Below the pieces are notes generated by a model. That model saw only the letters and a program-made list of their open reading frames with translations, did no database searches and was not told the DNA's origin. From Marsupella aquatica (Eukaryota > Plantae > Marchantiophyta), in NCBI GenBank assembly GCA_973895155.1, contig OZ316896.1, forward strand, positions 18,774,754-18,838,753: 64,000 nt of DNA, in the 5' to 3' direction. Shown here one piece after another: positions 26,341 to 40,128 of this stretch. Within the stretch, counting starts at the first letter, position 1. Each line of letters begins with the position of its first letter. The translations under genes were made by a program, and so were the position numbers.

Positions 26341-28038
26341 TTGAGTGTGTCATGGTTGTCGCAGAGGGCATGCACAAGTTTGAGTGTGTCCCTATGATAG
26401 TGCATTCTTTGGCATTGCACTAAAAAGAACCCACCATTCAATAATATCTAACTATGGGATACTTGGGATTTTAGTTCTCACTCATATTGTGGATATTATA
26501 AAATAATAACATGTGAAACATATAGAGGTGAATTAAAGAAATGCAGGTGAAACAAGGAAATGTTCTCATTTAGGCTAGGTTGTGCGTGCAATCATGTTGT
26601 CGTAGTGTATAGTAGTCTGAGCTGGGTGATTGTTGGGGCAAAATAAATATAGTAGTCTCAGTTGGTGGGGTGGTTGTTTTTACAAAAATGTTGTCATTTT
26701 GGTTGATATTGCTATTAAAAAAATCAGGATGGAGAGGGCAAGGGCCCACGAGGGCAGACCTGAGATGGGCTAAGGCGTACGAAGTGGCATGGGGTCCAGG
26801 CACGGGTGGGCCACGCTACATTGACGGAGAACAATTGGTTGAGTGTAGTGGTTGCTCTGAAATTCTTCCATTATCGAGCACCATTCCAAAATCTTCACTT
26901 CCATGAGAAATTGGAATGGTGAATTCCTCTCTACATCTCCAGATCAAGAATTCTATCACAGATTTTGAGAGCCTCGCTGGTAAATTACACTGGAATCGAA
27001 TGCCGAGAGACAGTCATAGACATTAATTTGGATAAGTTCAAAGGGAGCGACTGCAGAACTGTCATCGATTGTTGACAACAGGAAATGAATGCAGGTCATG
27101 GACTGTTCGCAGATTGGTATGGAGCTGACTGGATCAAGCCACTCGAACGAGTGCCAGTAAGCTTGCAAAGGGAGCAATCAGCAAAGTTCAATGAAAGCTT
27201 TTATCCACTGGCCTCTATTTTTCGGAACATCGTTGGGAGACGAGTCACCTTCACGCATCTGCTCTAACGAAACATATATATTTTCCCCTCGAACTATGGC
27301 TTTATCATTTCGATCCCTCAACTGCGGCTTCTGCATTCTTTTATTTAACCATTGAAGCCTCGCCGGAATACTAGTTCCGCTGAGGATGGTCTACAATTTC
27401 TTCTCAAAATCGTGGAAGACAATGTGCACGAGTGTCTGAAATATCTCTCACCCAAGTGTGGGAGATGAGATCCGACGACCATGCCAGGAAGAAGCACGGA
27501 ATATGCTATGGTTCAAATGTGACTCGTCTTTCCTTTGCCAATGCTGTGATATCCGATTTCTTATTATAAAGGAGGGAGAAATCACGTCAAAACCATATCA
27601 TAAAATCACCGTCCTCGATCCGTCCGACGTGACGTATAAGTAGCATGCAAGGGAAAACATTCCTGTCTGGTAGTTTTCCCTTGCATGCTACCTTGCACGC
27701 GCATGGAATGAGAATTTCCCACGATACCAAAGGAATTAACAAACAGTGTAGACAGCTTTACAGCCAGGGAATTAAAAATGTTACATCCGATCCCATGCTT
27801 GTCGCTTTGTTGTACAGTGCGGGAATTGGCATCGACGTTTAAAGTAAGATTTAGATGCGTAGGCATTGCTTTTCCCCGTTAAACTCTTCGATTGGTACCT
27901 CCGCCGTTCAACGGCACAAACGAGTGTGATCGATATGACACAGTCACATCAGTCTTGACAGAATTGAATTTGACTCACCTTGATTAAGAGTCTTGACGAT
28001 GGCCCACGCTGGTGGAGAATCATAACGGAAGCTTTGCC

Positions 28039-29343
28039 ATGGCTGCCAGCACTGGAGTTGCCAGCTCCATCTTCACCGCGGCGTCGTCGCCCATTGCATC
28101 TCAATCGAAGGCCTCGCGCAGCAGAGAATCCTCTACACGAGCGCTGTGCAATGAGCTCTCTTCCTCCTCGTTCCACACCGCGTCACCGTCGCTGCAGCTG
28201 CAATTGAGCAACTTAGCCACGACCCATGTCGGTGAACGGTCATCACGAGGCAGAGGAGGGGCAGCAAGAGCAGCAATTGCGGTGACCACTACTCCAGCCA
28301 AGGTGCCGAGGAAGAAGAGCGCCTACGAGTTGGAGACTTTCACGCACTGGTTACTGAGGGAAGAGCAAGAGGGAGTCATCGACAAGGAATTGACCATCGT
28401 GCTCTCCAGCATCGCCGTGGCTTGCAAGCAGATTGCCACTTTGGTGAAACGAGCGAGCATTTCCAATCTCACCGGCGCGCAGGGAGCCGTCAACGTGCAG
28501 GGCGAGGACCAGAAGAAGCTCGACGTCATCTCCAACGAGGTCTTCTCCAGCTGCCTGAGGTCGAGCGGGAGGACAGGCATCATTGCGTCCGAGGAGGAGG
28601 ACTCGCCAGTGGCAGTCGAAGAGAGCTACTCAGGAAACTACGTCGTCTTGTTCGATCCCTTGGACGGCTCTTCCAACATCGACGCTGCAGTTTCGACTGG
28701 TTCGATTTTCGGCATCTATGAGCCGACCGAGGAGTGCCTTCTAGACCTCGACGACGAAGACAATCTCGGTAAAGCTGAACAGAACTGTATCATAAATGTG
28801 TGCCAGCCCGGAAGCAATCTTCTGGCGGCCGGGTATTGCATGTACTCGAGCTCGGTCATCTTGGTGCTATCGGTTGGAAATGGAGTTTACGGGTTCACCC
28901 TTGACCCTCTCGTTAGGGAGTTCGTCCTCACGCACAGGGACATCAAGATCCCGAAGACAGGAAATATTTACTCATTCAATGAAGGGAACTACGAGCTCTG
29001 GGACGACAAGCTGAAGAAGTATGTGGATTCCCTGAAAGTCCCGGATGCAAACGGGAAGCCATACACGTTCCGGTACATAGGCAGCCTCGTGGGAGATTTT
29101 CACAGAACCATGCTTTATGGTGGAATTTATGGCTACCCGGCTGACACAAGGAGTGTAGCTGGAAAGCTGAGGTTGCTGTATGAGTGTGCTCCCATTAGCT
29201 TTTTGGCGGAGCAGGCTGGTGGGAAGGGGTCTGATGGCAGTAACAGAATTTTAGACATTCAGCCCCACGAAGTCCATCAACGAGTGCCGCTCTATGTTGG
29301 CAGTCAAGAGGAGGTGGAGAAGCTTGAGAGGTATTTGGCTTGA
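28039..29343 (+). CDS. CFBP1: Chloroplast fructose-1,6-bisphosphatase (redox-regulated class), single exon, 434 aa
   Basis: Ser/Ala-rich transit peptide from the ATG at 28039; GEDQKKLDV, ASEEE, FDPLDGSSNIDAAVSTGSIFGIY, regulatory loop EECLLDLDDEDNLGKAEQNCIINVCQPG (three Cys), RYIGSLVGDFHRTMLYGG, GKLRLLYECAP, HQRVP. Confidence 0.97.
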   Translation: MAASTGVASSIFTAASSPIASQSKASRSRESSTRALCNELSSSSFHTASPSLQLQLSNLATTHVGERSSRGRGGAARAAIAVTTTPAKVPRKKSAYELETFTHWLLREEQEGVIDKELTIVLSSIAVACKQIATLVKRASISNLTGAQGAVNVQGEDQKKLDVISNEVFSSCLRSSGRTGIIASEEEDSPVAVEESYSGNYVVLFDPLDGSSNIDAAVSTGSIFGIYEPTEECLLDLDDEDNLGKAEQNCIINVCQPGSNLLAAGYCMYSSSVILVLSVGNGVYGFTLDPLVREFVLTHRDIKIPKTGNIYSFNEGNYELWDDKLKKYVDSLKVPDANGKPYTFRYIGSLVGDFHRTMLYGGIYGYPADTRSVAGKLRLLYECAPISFLAEQAGGKGSDGSNRILDIQPHEVHQRVPLYVGSQEEVEKLERYLA

Positions 29344-29896
29344 AATCAACTCAACTTACTGCCAAACTCACCTTGCAAACAAGTTCGAAACACCATTATC
29401 TCCTTGGATCGTTTCTCAATGCGTGCGAAATTACAGGGCTCAGCTCAGGCCTTCCATTCTCACGTAGTCGTACTAGTACAGCTTCACTGCTGCAAACCCC
29501 TGCAAGTTCTTGAGCAAGAGTGCTACATTATTTTGCGTTATATTAGACATTCCTCGATATGGCTGCTTCATGTGAATCTATGTGTACCTCGATCTCACAA
29601 GTTTTCAGCCTCGATCTCACAAGTTTTCAGCTCAGACTGATAATATTCAGCGGATTTCGTCTCGACATTTGGGATGCTGTACTGTACATTGATCGAGCGC
29701 TTTCAATACCAACGCAGCTTCCCATTAACTACAGCCAAAGTCTAGATCGATATTACAAGCTATGAGTAGTTCATATCTTAATTTGTGATCACAGAAAATT
29801 ATAGTTCAACTTCTAGGAAACATTGATTTGATGTGAATATGGTGTATAATGGGTACATTGCATTGCAGTGTGGAAGCCCAGTACACCTCAATTCTC

Positions 29897-30105
29897 GATT
29901 AAAAAATTTGTTTAAGTAAAATCATTGACACATTTTCATCGTAATTGCACACTTTCTCTTTGGTAATTGGGCCCTAAATGCCATGATATATTGTGTACTA
30001 TGTCATTCCATACCGTGCTAAGATTAAAAAATTTGTTTAAGTAAATCATTGACACGTTTTCATCCTCTTTTCGGTAATTGCACACTTTCTCTTTGGTAAT
30101 TGGGC
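29897..30105. repeat. Tandem duplication (about 125-bp period)
   Basis: gattaaaaaatttgtttaagtaaa..tcattgacac..ttttcatc..gtaattgcacactttctctttggtaattggg at 29897 and 30022. Confidence 0.75.
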
Positions 30106-32751
30106 AGTAAAATATGATAATATTAGCGTACTTTGTCATTCCATATCATGCTAAATCAATACCTTGTTAAAATCCAATCATTCAGGATAAACTCGTTTCC
30201 ATCCTTTCGTTATGAGTCCCCGGTACCTCACATTAAATGGTATGTGGTGTACTATGTCACTCAATACCATGATAAATTCAATTATTATGTGTAAATCATT
30301 GAGTGTTAAATACTTATCTGGCTGTGTGTTTTTGATGTGAAATTACTGGGACTACACTATAACGTGTGAATCAGACACAATGAGTGTAAATTCTCTCTGA
30401 TTGATTGCGAAACAGAGGAACCCTTTCTTTCTGCATCGTTGGAAAAGTATCAGTAGGCCATTTGAACAATCGTCTTTCAACTTTGAGACGTGATGGATGG
30501 TCGTCATGGATTGAGGTCGTGACTGCTCTGACTTGACACTTTCACAATGGACAGTTAGCCCTCTCAATGTTCAACATTTCACACTGTCTACCATAACTTG
30601 GTTCCCTGTCTTTGATGGCTAAAAGTTATTCTAACTTGCTTACAAACTTTTTTCTCAATGACCAAAATTTGGGCTATCATACTTGGGTCTATCATACTTT
30701 GGGCTATTTATTTTAAGTTGCTTATAGATTGAGAACTAAAAGTACTTTTAACTAGCTTGCTGATAAATGTCTTGGGGTGATCACTATAATTTCCCCCACT
30801 CAAAAGTTTTCTCAATCTACACTTTGTCAGGATGTGATTGATATTTGACCAAAACGGCCCACATATTTTTCCAGCCACAAGTACCTTTTTGGGAACCTCA
30901 CATTTTTATTCTGGGCACCCAAAACCAATTTCCACTGCTATCGTTGTTGGCAAATCAATGGTAGCAGTGTGTTGCACACATTGTATTTGCCAGATTGTGC
31001 ACACGTTGTTGACGTCTGGCTGCTAGAGTCTCACGTCCTAGTATCTGCACATAAAAATGAAGCAGCCACAAATGTAGAAGGAACAACACTCACTAGTATA
31101 ACCGCACAACCAAGTTTATCATGGTAAATTTGTCAAACCTATGGGCACATGTATGCTGAAAATTAGTTCAACCTGTGGGCAAATGTCACTTGGCACAGTT
31201 TTGATGTGCATTTACTAGAAAGGATTTCTCATTGGTGTGTCAAAGCCTGAGGACATAAAAAATGAAAAAGCAGAAGGTTACATAAAAAAGCCTGGGGGAA
31301 TTGGCTGATGATCAGCTTCTTCTTTATCAGCAAAGTTTCCCCAAAATCCTTCTCCTAATAAGTCATCCAGAGCTACCTTCATCCCCTGAGCACATTGTGA
31401 CCCCTTGAATAGTGAGAAATAGGACGCTCTCTTTGTATAATAGTGTGTTAAATCAACACTTAGATAAGGCTTCCCAGCCTTCTTGGCTCCCGTACCCTGC
31501 CAATCCTTACTTCCAATGCATCCTGCCAAAGACTGGTATCGATTGTTAAAGCCTCGCCATGGATTTAGACATGTACAATAGCACTCTGTTGGTGATGTGA
31601 TTTCACACTTGAACCCTATACACCTGCATGCCAAAGAGGCATACGCATGAACCTGACATTAAATGATTAGCACAACCTAGCTTGAGATGCTTCAAGAGTA
31701 TCTATCCAGCTCATTCTCTGGAACGAGGACACTTGTTTGGTGTGCCTAAAGCTTGGGAGTGCTGGACACTAGGCTAATTGATTGGTCTACGACATTAATT
31801 TTTTGGGTTTGGTTTGTTACTAAACTTTTGCCTATGGTTCGGGAGTGTTGGACAGTAGGCTTTGATTAGTTACAGCATAAAAATAAATAAAAATTGATTC
31901 GGCACTTTGTCCAATCAATACTAATAATGTACCAAAAATAGGTCCTCCAAAAAGAATGTGTCCTTGCCGAGTGTTTCAATTCGTTAGATGGTCAAGCCAA
32001 AATCTTTTCTGACCTTGCTCTTTTCCAAATACCACTGTGAATATATTTTTCTTTCTTCTCATTGTGAATAGAAGATTACTCCTTCAGGAATTTTGATTTG
32101 TGGGATTGGCCCAAGGGAAAAATTACTAAAGACAATACTGCACTGAAAAGCTGGATGAGCGCTTGAGAAGGTCAAATGGCTTTCCCTCTCCTAATGCTTG
32201 TTTAGTTTGCTGCCTCTAAAGATTCATTGAATCCCATTCATATAAGCCTTGCTGGCTGTCTGGCGTTTGGTCGCTTTTTCCTTTGGCTCCTCGGGGTGGT
32301 TTCCTTGCTTCCACCGGTTTTGTCATGGTGAGCCTTGAAATTCATTTGGTGAACTGTCACGTTTAATTTCAGGTTTGGTTTCCCAAAGCTATAATAGTCC
32401 CAACTACTCCCAAAACCTAAGTGTCATAACATGGAAGTGTAAGAGGTTGCATAATCAAAAAACACAGTAACCAAATGAACCCAACTCCTTCGGTGAATGG
32501 GAATTGAGCCCCTAGCAAACAAAATACCAGATAAATATACTTAAAACCTACTTGAGATTTTAGGTCCGTTGATTTAGGTCTAGCTGAGATTTCCTTTGGG
32601 CTTTCAAAGAAGGATAAAAACTTTTAGAGTTTGGTCCCCAAACTAAAGAGTATTGACTAAATATAAGACTTGTTAACCAACAACAGTATCTGGAAACAAC
32701 AATTAGTGGATACTGGTATTGTCACTACACAGCGAGCTGAGGCGGATCGGG

Positions 32752-32816
32752 GATTCAGGGGTGTAATGTAAAGAGGCTCCGTGGATTCAGGGGTGTAATG
32801 TAAAGAGGCTCCGTGG
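32752..32816. repeat. Perfect 32-bp tandem duplication
   Basis: ggattcaggggtgtaatgtaaagaggctccgt x2. Confidence 0.85.
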
Positions 32817-35800
32817 TATGCTGGGATTTGCGAAAAACCTACTTGAGATTTTTGGTCCGTTGATTTAAGGTTTACCTGAGATTTTAGGTCAGTGATTTAA
32901 GGTCTAGGAAGGGTATAAATCACTCATGGGGTCCATCAATTGGAGCTTCATCAAGAATATATCTCTCCATTTTCGGATGGATGAGAGTGTTGAAAGATGA
33001 CGATGGACACGCACGACCGCGGAGACCATGGCCTTTGGAATGTTTGCAATACTGTAGTACTGTAGTTTCTCACCCGGAGCTCTAGCTATTGTCCAGATCT
33101 TAATGACCGCACGCACGCAGGAGCTTCGGTTCTACACGATGAGCCTTTTTCCACTCTCTACCGATGATGAAGAACAGTTCCTATCTCATCTTCGACTGAT
33201 GATTTCGTCTTCGCTGCATGATGAGGTGCGTATGTTTGCTTCTGAAGTTTTCGATAACTGCGCTGCCCCGCGTTTATAGGTTCAGGGTAAAACATGGGAA
33301 CAGTAATTTCTTGTAGTGAATCGAATCTCATTGTAGGTCGCAGAATACTGCTAAAAGAATAGAATGTAGCGTGAAATCCAAATACTTCTGGAGCGATTCT
33401 ACGTCACGTAAGTGGTCGTCATAGCCCTCGTGTACTCGATTCTGAGATCTGCACGATTGGGCTATCACAGCTAAAGTTGTGAAATTACTGCTCGAGAATG
33501 TCTGCCTCTGAACCTTTGTTCTGTCTACAAGACATTTACTGATAACTTTGCGAACTGAAATCACGCAGCGAGGCCTATCCGTCAAGTCTTTGGAGTCTCA
33601 GTGTTCGTGACTTGCTGCGTCGATCGCGGAGCTCAATCAAACTCTGGGAATGAGGCAGCCTGATATCGTTATCGATCTAAAGCATTCCTATCCAAATATT
33701 GTAGCTGGCCTGAGGGCGGCCCCACTGCATAAAACACTGCCTCGGCAATAATTGTTTGCAGTTATCTATCATTTATCGAAGATTTTGTTCTCGCCATCCA
33801 GCTTCTCAAAGGGCAAGATGAAGGACGTTGTCTTATTCCTGTTGAAAGCCGAACTTCTATTATTTATACTTCATATGCGGCATCCCGAAAACTATGGCTA
33901 AATTGTAGATTTGCCCTGAGTGTAGAGTGTAGACCCGCGTTTCAATTCGAGAGTCAACCGGTTGAACTCTCGACTGGGGAAAGCTTTTCTTGGATTCAAG
34001 AAAACATTTACTGGCATCCGTAGCGGTGATTGATTGATTGATTGCAAACAAAGAGCGGCACCAAACTCGGTAAAGATAGAGATAGACGTCCTTCCCCAGC
34101 GATCACGGAGACAGATAGCCGGAGTTCTTTCGCTCTTATAGCGATCTTAGATGACAATTAGCCAATAACGCTAGGATGCCGGTATGGCTTGAATTCACAC
34201 GCACGCGTACATATTGAAGACTAACGTTCTATCCATGGGATGGCTAGCTTGATGTAGAGAGAAAGTGAGCAACAAAGATGTCGTCGACACCTTCCAGCGG
34301 CTTACGAATTTCCTTGTCAGATGTCGATCCACATCAGTTTGCATCACCGTACTGAATAATACCACTTGCTCGCAGAATTCGGCGGCAACATTCAAAGACA
34401 GCCTTACAGATACTCGTCACGGGGTTCCTAACGATCTATGAACTGAACTTGCATTCAATGCTCCGCGTTAGATTCTCGGTATACCTGGTAGGCGGGACAA
34501 CCACACGTGACATAAAAACAAGTCGCACCAAATCGACTCAGTGAACCTGGTGGTCACAAGAATAAAGTTCTACACAAAGTTGCTCGAGTGAAGTGGAAGT
34601 ACAATCTCCCATTGACTGTACATTACCTGGTTTCCCTGTTTACTGTAAAACTGCTATCTCAAATGGAAGTTTAATGTGCACTTCAGTACTATAATTGATC
34701 TGTTGGCGGGGTTGTTGCTACAGTGCTGTATGGGTCTTTGGGACTGTCTGTCCTGTCTTGACCTCTTGTCTGTGATTCTGTTCTTGAAATGCAAATCGAC
34801 GTCTAGGAAACGAATTGTCGAGGATGTATGACTTATGCACAGCCCTCAAGATAGCTTTGTTGTGGGAACATTAATTTCTACTACCACAGGAGGATCTGTA
34901 CAGTGGTGGAGCTCAACCATTTCTTGTTGGTTTGAAGGAAGCAACCTGGACGGAAGAATGTACCCTAATGTGACTGGCGAAAGGTGAAAACGCAGTTTAA
35001 TCTTCAGACTCCAATTCGAGTGAGACCAGTTCGCAGTGCGGTGGGTGTCTGGGTGTTGAAGGATGTTTCAGCAGTGACGACCAGTGACACTACCCGAAGC
35101 TTTATTTCTAGACGGGAAATTGAAAGTCAGTCGGTTCACAATCAGGTGCAGTAGGTCCCATCCTTGTACGGTGGACCTGCCTGCCTAGATCTCCAATTCT
35201 AGTATTCTACTCTCACATTTCACAACCTCACTGTCAGGTATGGGAACTTCAACGTACTGTACTTTACAAAGCCTAGCCATGCAGAGAATATGCTGTAGCT
35301 CATCATTGTGAATCCAGCTGGGTAAGGGCATCCCCCGTACTCATTGTTTGCGCGTGCTAATTTGCTTGCTTGCCAACAGATATCATTGGGCCATCTACAT
35401 CATTCTGGAGCTAGAGAACCTTCATCGTTCAAACGTCTGCTGGAATGATAAGCCCACAAGCGGGCACAAAGGCGACGATTATGGAAAGCATGCGTATTGA
35501 GCGAGTCACTGCGGCGTACTGAGTGCAGAATTCCCAATGGTGGTGCCAGCCGATCCAATCTACCACCAACAAAGCTAATAATCTATCCTTCAATCTGCAC
35601 GTACGGCCGTGCTATGGTAGACTCAGAGGTACAGTCTAATCGTGATAAGTGCAGAGCGTACAAGTGCATTTCTCGGGTAAGTGCAAGATGGTCGTGTAAT
35701 CCCTCATTATTACAACAAATTCTTTTATAAATATACCAAAAAAATAAATCGTTAAGTGTAGGTTACCCATCACTAAATGAACTATACATAAGTGCATTTT

Positions 35801-36242
35801 TTTGTCTATAAGAATATGGAGCACTAATCAATTATTGCAACACATGTGTTAGAAGTGTTTATTGATAGTGTAAGAGACAACTGCACATTGTAGTTTCATG
35901 CATTTATCAAGTTAACTTGTGCACCACCAGGATTCTGGGTGTGCGAAATAGATGCATAAGACATGACAATACATTTGTGTAAGTACATAAGGATTTCATA
36001 TTTAATTATTGGAAAGTGCAACAGGCGCTATGGAGAAGTGCAGCACTTATGATGAAGTGCATAAAGTGAATAACTGTATACTTGGGGTGTCTTATTGGGA
36101 GCCTGCACTTAGACACGTTAGACTGTGCTTTATGCCAATCCAAATGCTAGCATCAAGGAGAAGGACAGCATATACAAGCCTACTCTATTTCCTCCACTCC
36201 CCTCCTCTATTCATCAAAACTAGCAGCCGATGGTGTAGTGGC

Positions 36243-36358
36243 AAGCATCCAAAGGGATTTTACATGATACCATGATAAATCCATGATTGATTTTAAATCA
36301 ATGAGTGTATAATACAATCATGGATTTATCATGGTATGTAAAATCCCTTTGGATGCTT
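36243..36358. repeat. Near-perfect inverted repeat / foldback (about 44-bp arms, about 25-nt loop)
   Basis: aagcatccaaagggattttacat(gat)accatgataaatccatgattg ... caatcatggatttatcatggtatgtaaaatccctttggatgctt. Confidence 0.85.
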
Positions 36359-39300
36359 TGGATGGTTTACCATGGTTACCATGTCTTAAGTGCCTGGACC
36401 GGGCCAGATTCCTATGCGCTTTTTGGTGGGTTTCCTTAACCTTTCCCAAAGTTGCCCTGCAGCAGGTTAGTTTAGCAAATAAGAGTTTAGGGGTTCACAT
36501 GTGTAAACCTAGTACTGGGGTTACGAAGCAGCTTGATCTTGTGAAACAGCACACATAACAGGGGAGTAGCTCAATCTCAGGAAGCAGCTTGCATCAGATA
36601 ATTCTGCCAGCTTGCAGCTTGTAGCCTGATAATTCTTAGCCAGCTTGCAGCAATGTAGGGAAATGTCTAAGCATGCAGTGATGGAGGCAAAGAACCTCTG
36701 GCCTGGCAATGCAGCTCGTGGCTATGGAGGGCCTAGGCAGGGATGCACTACATATATTGGGCCTTGGGAGTCATGGGAGGGAAATGTGGGGCCTGGGCCT
36801 AACTTGTGGTGAGAAGGGCCCAAGACACTGTTGGGAGACAAGAAAAACAGGTTTCACCTTGTTCTTGCCCTTGCATGAGTAGTGTAAGTTTTTGTTTGGT
36901 GTAACTCACCCAACATTTTATGGGAAAGTCATAACAAATCATCCTTAATCATGCACATTATGGATAACTTTAGCATTTTCTTTATATCTACAAGATTAAG
37001 GATTTTCATGTCCAATCACAGGGACTCCTCTCTCACCATCTTTTATATCATTAGAGTGTTTAACATCAAAAATAGCAGATGTCACCACTTTTTATGTCAT
37101 TGAGTAATTGATTGCACATCAAAACTATATATATACATACCAGGTTATAGCATTTTGATGTCCTCCTCTCCCACTGACCACCGTTTATATCATTAGTGTT
37201 TAACATCAAAAACTAGCAGCAGATGGTGTACTGCACTACTTGGCAAGCACCAGAGGTATTCTCCATACTATAATAGACTCCATTATCACTGAGTGTTTTC
37301 TTTATATTTATGAGGTTGTAACATTTTGATGTGTAATATAAAATCCAGCAGTCTTTTAAATCACTTTAGTGTTTTCTTTATACTTATCATGCTGCAACAT
37401 TCTGATGTGCAATTACAGAGACACCTCTCTCACCAACTTTTCTTCTCACTGAGTGTTTTCTTTACACTCATCAGGCTGCAACATTTTGATGTGCATATAA
37501 TGCTTCTTTACACTCATCAGGCTGCAACATTTTGATGTGCATATAGCATTATAGCATGCTCATCCTGGAACATGCTTGAGTTTTTGTCTTGTAATGTTTT
37601 GAAAATAAATAAATATGAGAACATAACTAGAAAGATTGTTGCACAGTGACCAATGAAAAGTACAATCAAGGATGTTACAATGTGTGCATTTAATTCAATG
37701 TCTTCGTGAATGACACTCATTTCAATAAAAATCATAAACTTTGGAAAGAAAGATATGAGGGGAACTTAAGACACAATAAGAAATTCTCTCACACATGAGA
37801 ATATTTTGTTCAAGTGGTGGAACCTTGCGTTCATCTCTAATAAATTACAAACCTTACAATTTATAAGGAGACTGCCAAAATAAGTTCAAAATACTCTAGA
37901 ATCCTAAAATAAAAGGTGTCCATAAATTAAATAAATATGTATATTATACACAGGCTGCCCCTTGATAAGACACATTGAAATAAAAATATATATGACACCA
38001 AAACTATGAATATGACAAAATCTGGTGGATTCACCATATTTCAATTATACTATTATAGGGAGGTCTCTCGCACCAACCTTTTCATACCACGAGTGTTTTC
38101 TCTATACGTATCAGGGTGTGCAATTACCGGGTCGCCTCTCTCACCACCACCACCACCACCGGTCGCACTTCTTAATAAGAATGAATGTAACAACTACGTT
38201 AACAGACTCTGAGAATTGCATGTGATTGATTCGATGTTCATCGATCGATGTGCTGCTCGCTTGTGCGAAGATCATGAGCCTATCGTTCTTCGATGCGCAA
38301 GCAGGTCAAGATCTTTGTCAGTGTTCCATGGACACTGGATCCTGCCAGACTCTTTGAGAGTTTGAGAGTTGAAATATACTCTAAGCTACAGTGGCAAGCA
38401 GCACGAATCGCAAGGGAGCCCACACCTTGTCACGAGAGGGGTGCCTAAGATAAAATATATTGGGAAAGTGCTGTGAAACTCCCAGCGGTATCCGTCAAAT
38501 TGAGCGCATGCAGACAAGGTGGGCCCCGAAAGAAAGAACGGCCACAGAAAATGTCAAGAGGATCGTGGTGGGGCTGCCTTCTCGACCTGTGGTGGGCTCA
38601 TCCTTTGCTGGATCGATTCACCAGCCACACTTCTACCTTTCGAGAGTTTGCAAATCTTCGAGAGGCGAGTGCAACCATCAATGCGCCGGGCCCTGCAGTA
38701 TTTCTGTGATAAGGTCCTTTGCTGGTAACGCTTTCGTCCCATTACTGTAGTTGATTGGTGATAGAGATCGATCACCCTTCTACTGTAGTACTGTACGTTC
38801 GGATCAATGTCTATCTCATGGACATTCGACATCACTACTGTGGTAGAGAGTGGCTCACTCCTTAATGAAGCACGGGAAATAAGTCTTTGTGGTTGTAGGG
38901 GTTATCTTCTGATATGTACCATGAATTGAGAGGTTTCTACTATCTCTCCATGATGAGACGCTGATTACCGTGATGATGTAGAAGAGCTCCGAAGAGTGAA
39001 ATTTTACGTAAAAGACAATGCTGCCAAACAAGCCTACAACAGTAGACCATTAGGGTGAGTCTCCCCTGCTTGGATTCCTTCAGGGAAATCTAATTCAGGA
39101 GTATACTATGTTGTCCAGCCTGGTGGTATCGAATCTAATGCCCTAATCCGCCGGAGAGAGATCATGTCATATACTTGGTCTGATGACTTTGATGTTCGAC
39201 AATCTTCCTTACTGTAGGTGGTCACAGATTTGGTGTTCTGCTCGTCCTCTACCAAATCCGTGCTTACGACTCATGACCTCGTCGATGAGAAGATGATGGA

Positions 39301-39675
39301 GAAGCTTGGAATAGTGACTGCAGACCCATGTGTCGTACAGGGAGGAAGGTAGAGAGGTCTTTCGTTTCACGGTTTTGTACGGACGGATCTGATGTAGCCC
39401 CGCGAGACTGTTGTTCTCACTACCAAGTTTGTAGTTTCTTTATTCACCTGCAACCAAGAAAGCTTGAATTCGGTCACAGAGGATCGTTCAACATTTGAAC
39501 TCTTCTCTGAACTCTGAATCGGACAGTTCCAGCTGGTTTTGGGATCCGCCTGTGTTGCTCATGGTTGCTGACGGTCAACAGCGGTCGAAGGTCGTTTATT
39601 GAGGAGTATTCCTGATCGAGTTCCTGATTAGGTGGTACCGGTAGCTCTGGTTTTTGTCGAGCTTGTCTATCATCA

Positions 39676-40128
39676 ATGGCAGGGAGCAGGATGTGTACAC
39701 AGTGCTGGGGCTTGCTGTTGTTGACGGTGTTGTTCATCGGGACTTCACATCATCAAGTGCATGGCCAAACGTTGCTCAGCGACAATACTTGGGCAATCGT
39801 CAGCGTGCAATGTTTTGCTTTCGCCGGCCAGACTTTGCAGAGCAATTACGGAGTATGGTGGATGCAGGTGAACGGGTTGTCGTCGCTCATGTTCAATGCC
39901 GTAGACGTCGCCACGACCGAAATTGATTGCCACTTCGTCTCGCTGGCTAATGGTGCACACCAATGGTTCCCCGTCTTCAAAACAGCTGGTCTAGTAGTTG
40001 CCTGCGGAGCGAATTGCCATTGGACCATACATGACAGGGGATTCTTTCTCCACGATCCCGTCGCGAACACTGATGTGCAACTCTATTCTTGGCTGGCTCC
40101 TCCGGACAATTGGACTGAACCGCACTAA
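39676..40128 (+). CDS. Small secreted protein, S-protein homolog (SPH / self-incompatibility S1-like) family, 150 aa, intronless
   Basis: Hydrophobic signal peptide (WGLLLLTVLFIG...VHG), then SPH-like pattern: VSVQC, T.IDCHF, WFPVF, C-x3-C-x-W-x-I-x3-G-FFL, terminal Y-x-W. Confidence 0.7.
   Translation: MAGSRMCTQCWGLLLLTVLFIGTSHHQVHGQTLLSDNTWAIVSVQCFAFAGQTLQSNYGVWWMQVNGLSSLMFNAVDVATTEIDCHFVSLANGAHQWFPVFKTAGLVVACGANCHWTIHDRGFFLHDPVANTDVQLYSWLAPPDNWTEPH

Noticed and set aside
13110-29343. Three consecutive same-strand genes for plastid proteins (RPL5, GC1, FBPase) as a functional cluster
   Set aside because: Unrelated pathways, separated by TE debris, and plastid-targeted genes are common enough for chance adjacency.
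31278-31634. Cys-containing minus-strand ORF resembling a decayed SWIM-finger/TE fragment
   Set aside because: C-x-C is present but the C-x-H half is missing; no family assignment can be supported.
32904-33280. Possible minus-strand gene after a TATA-like motif
   Set aside because: Frames are interrupted by stops and there is no recognisable homology.
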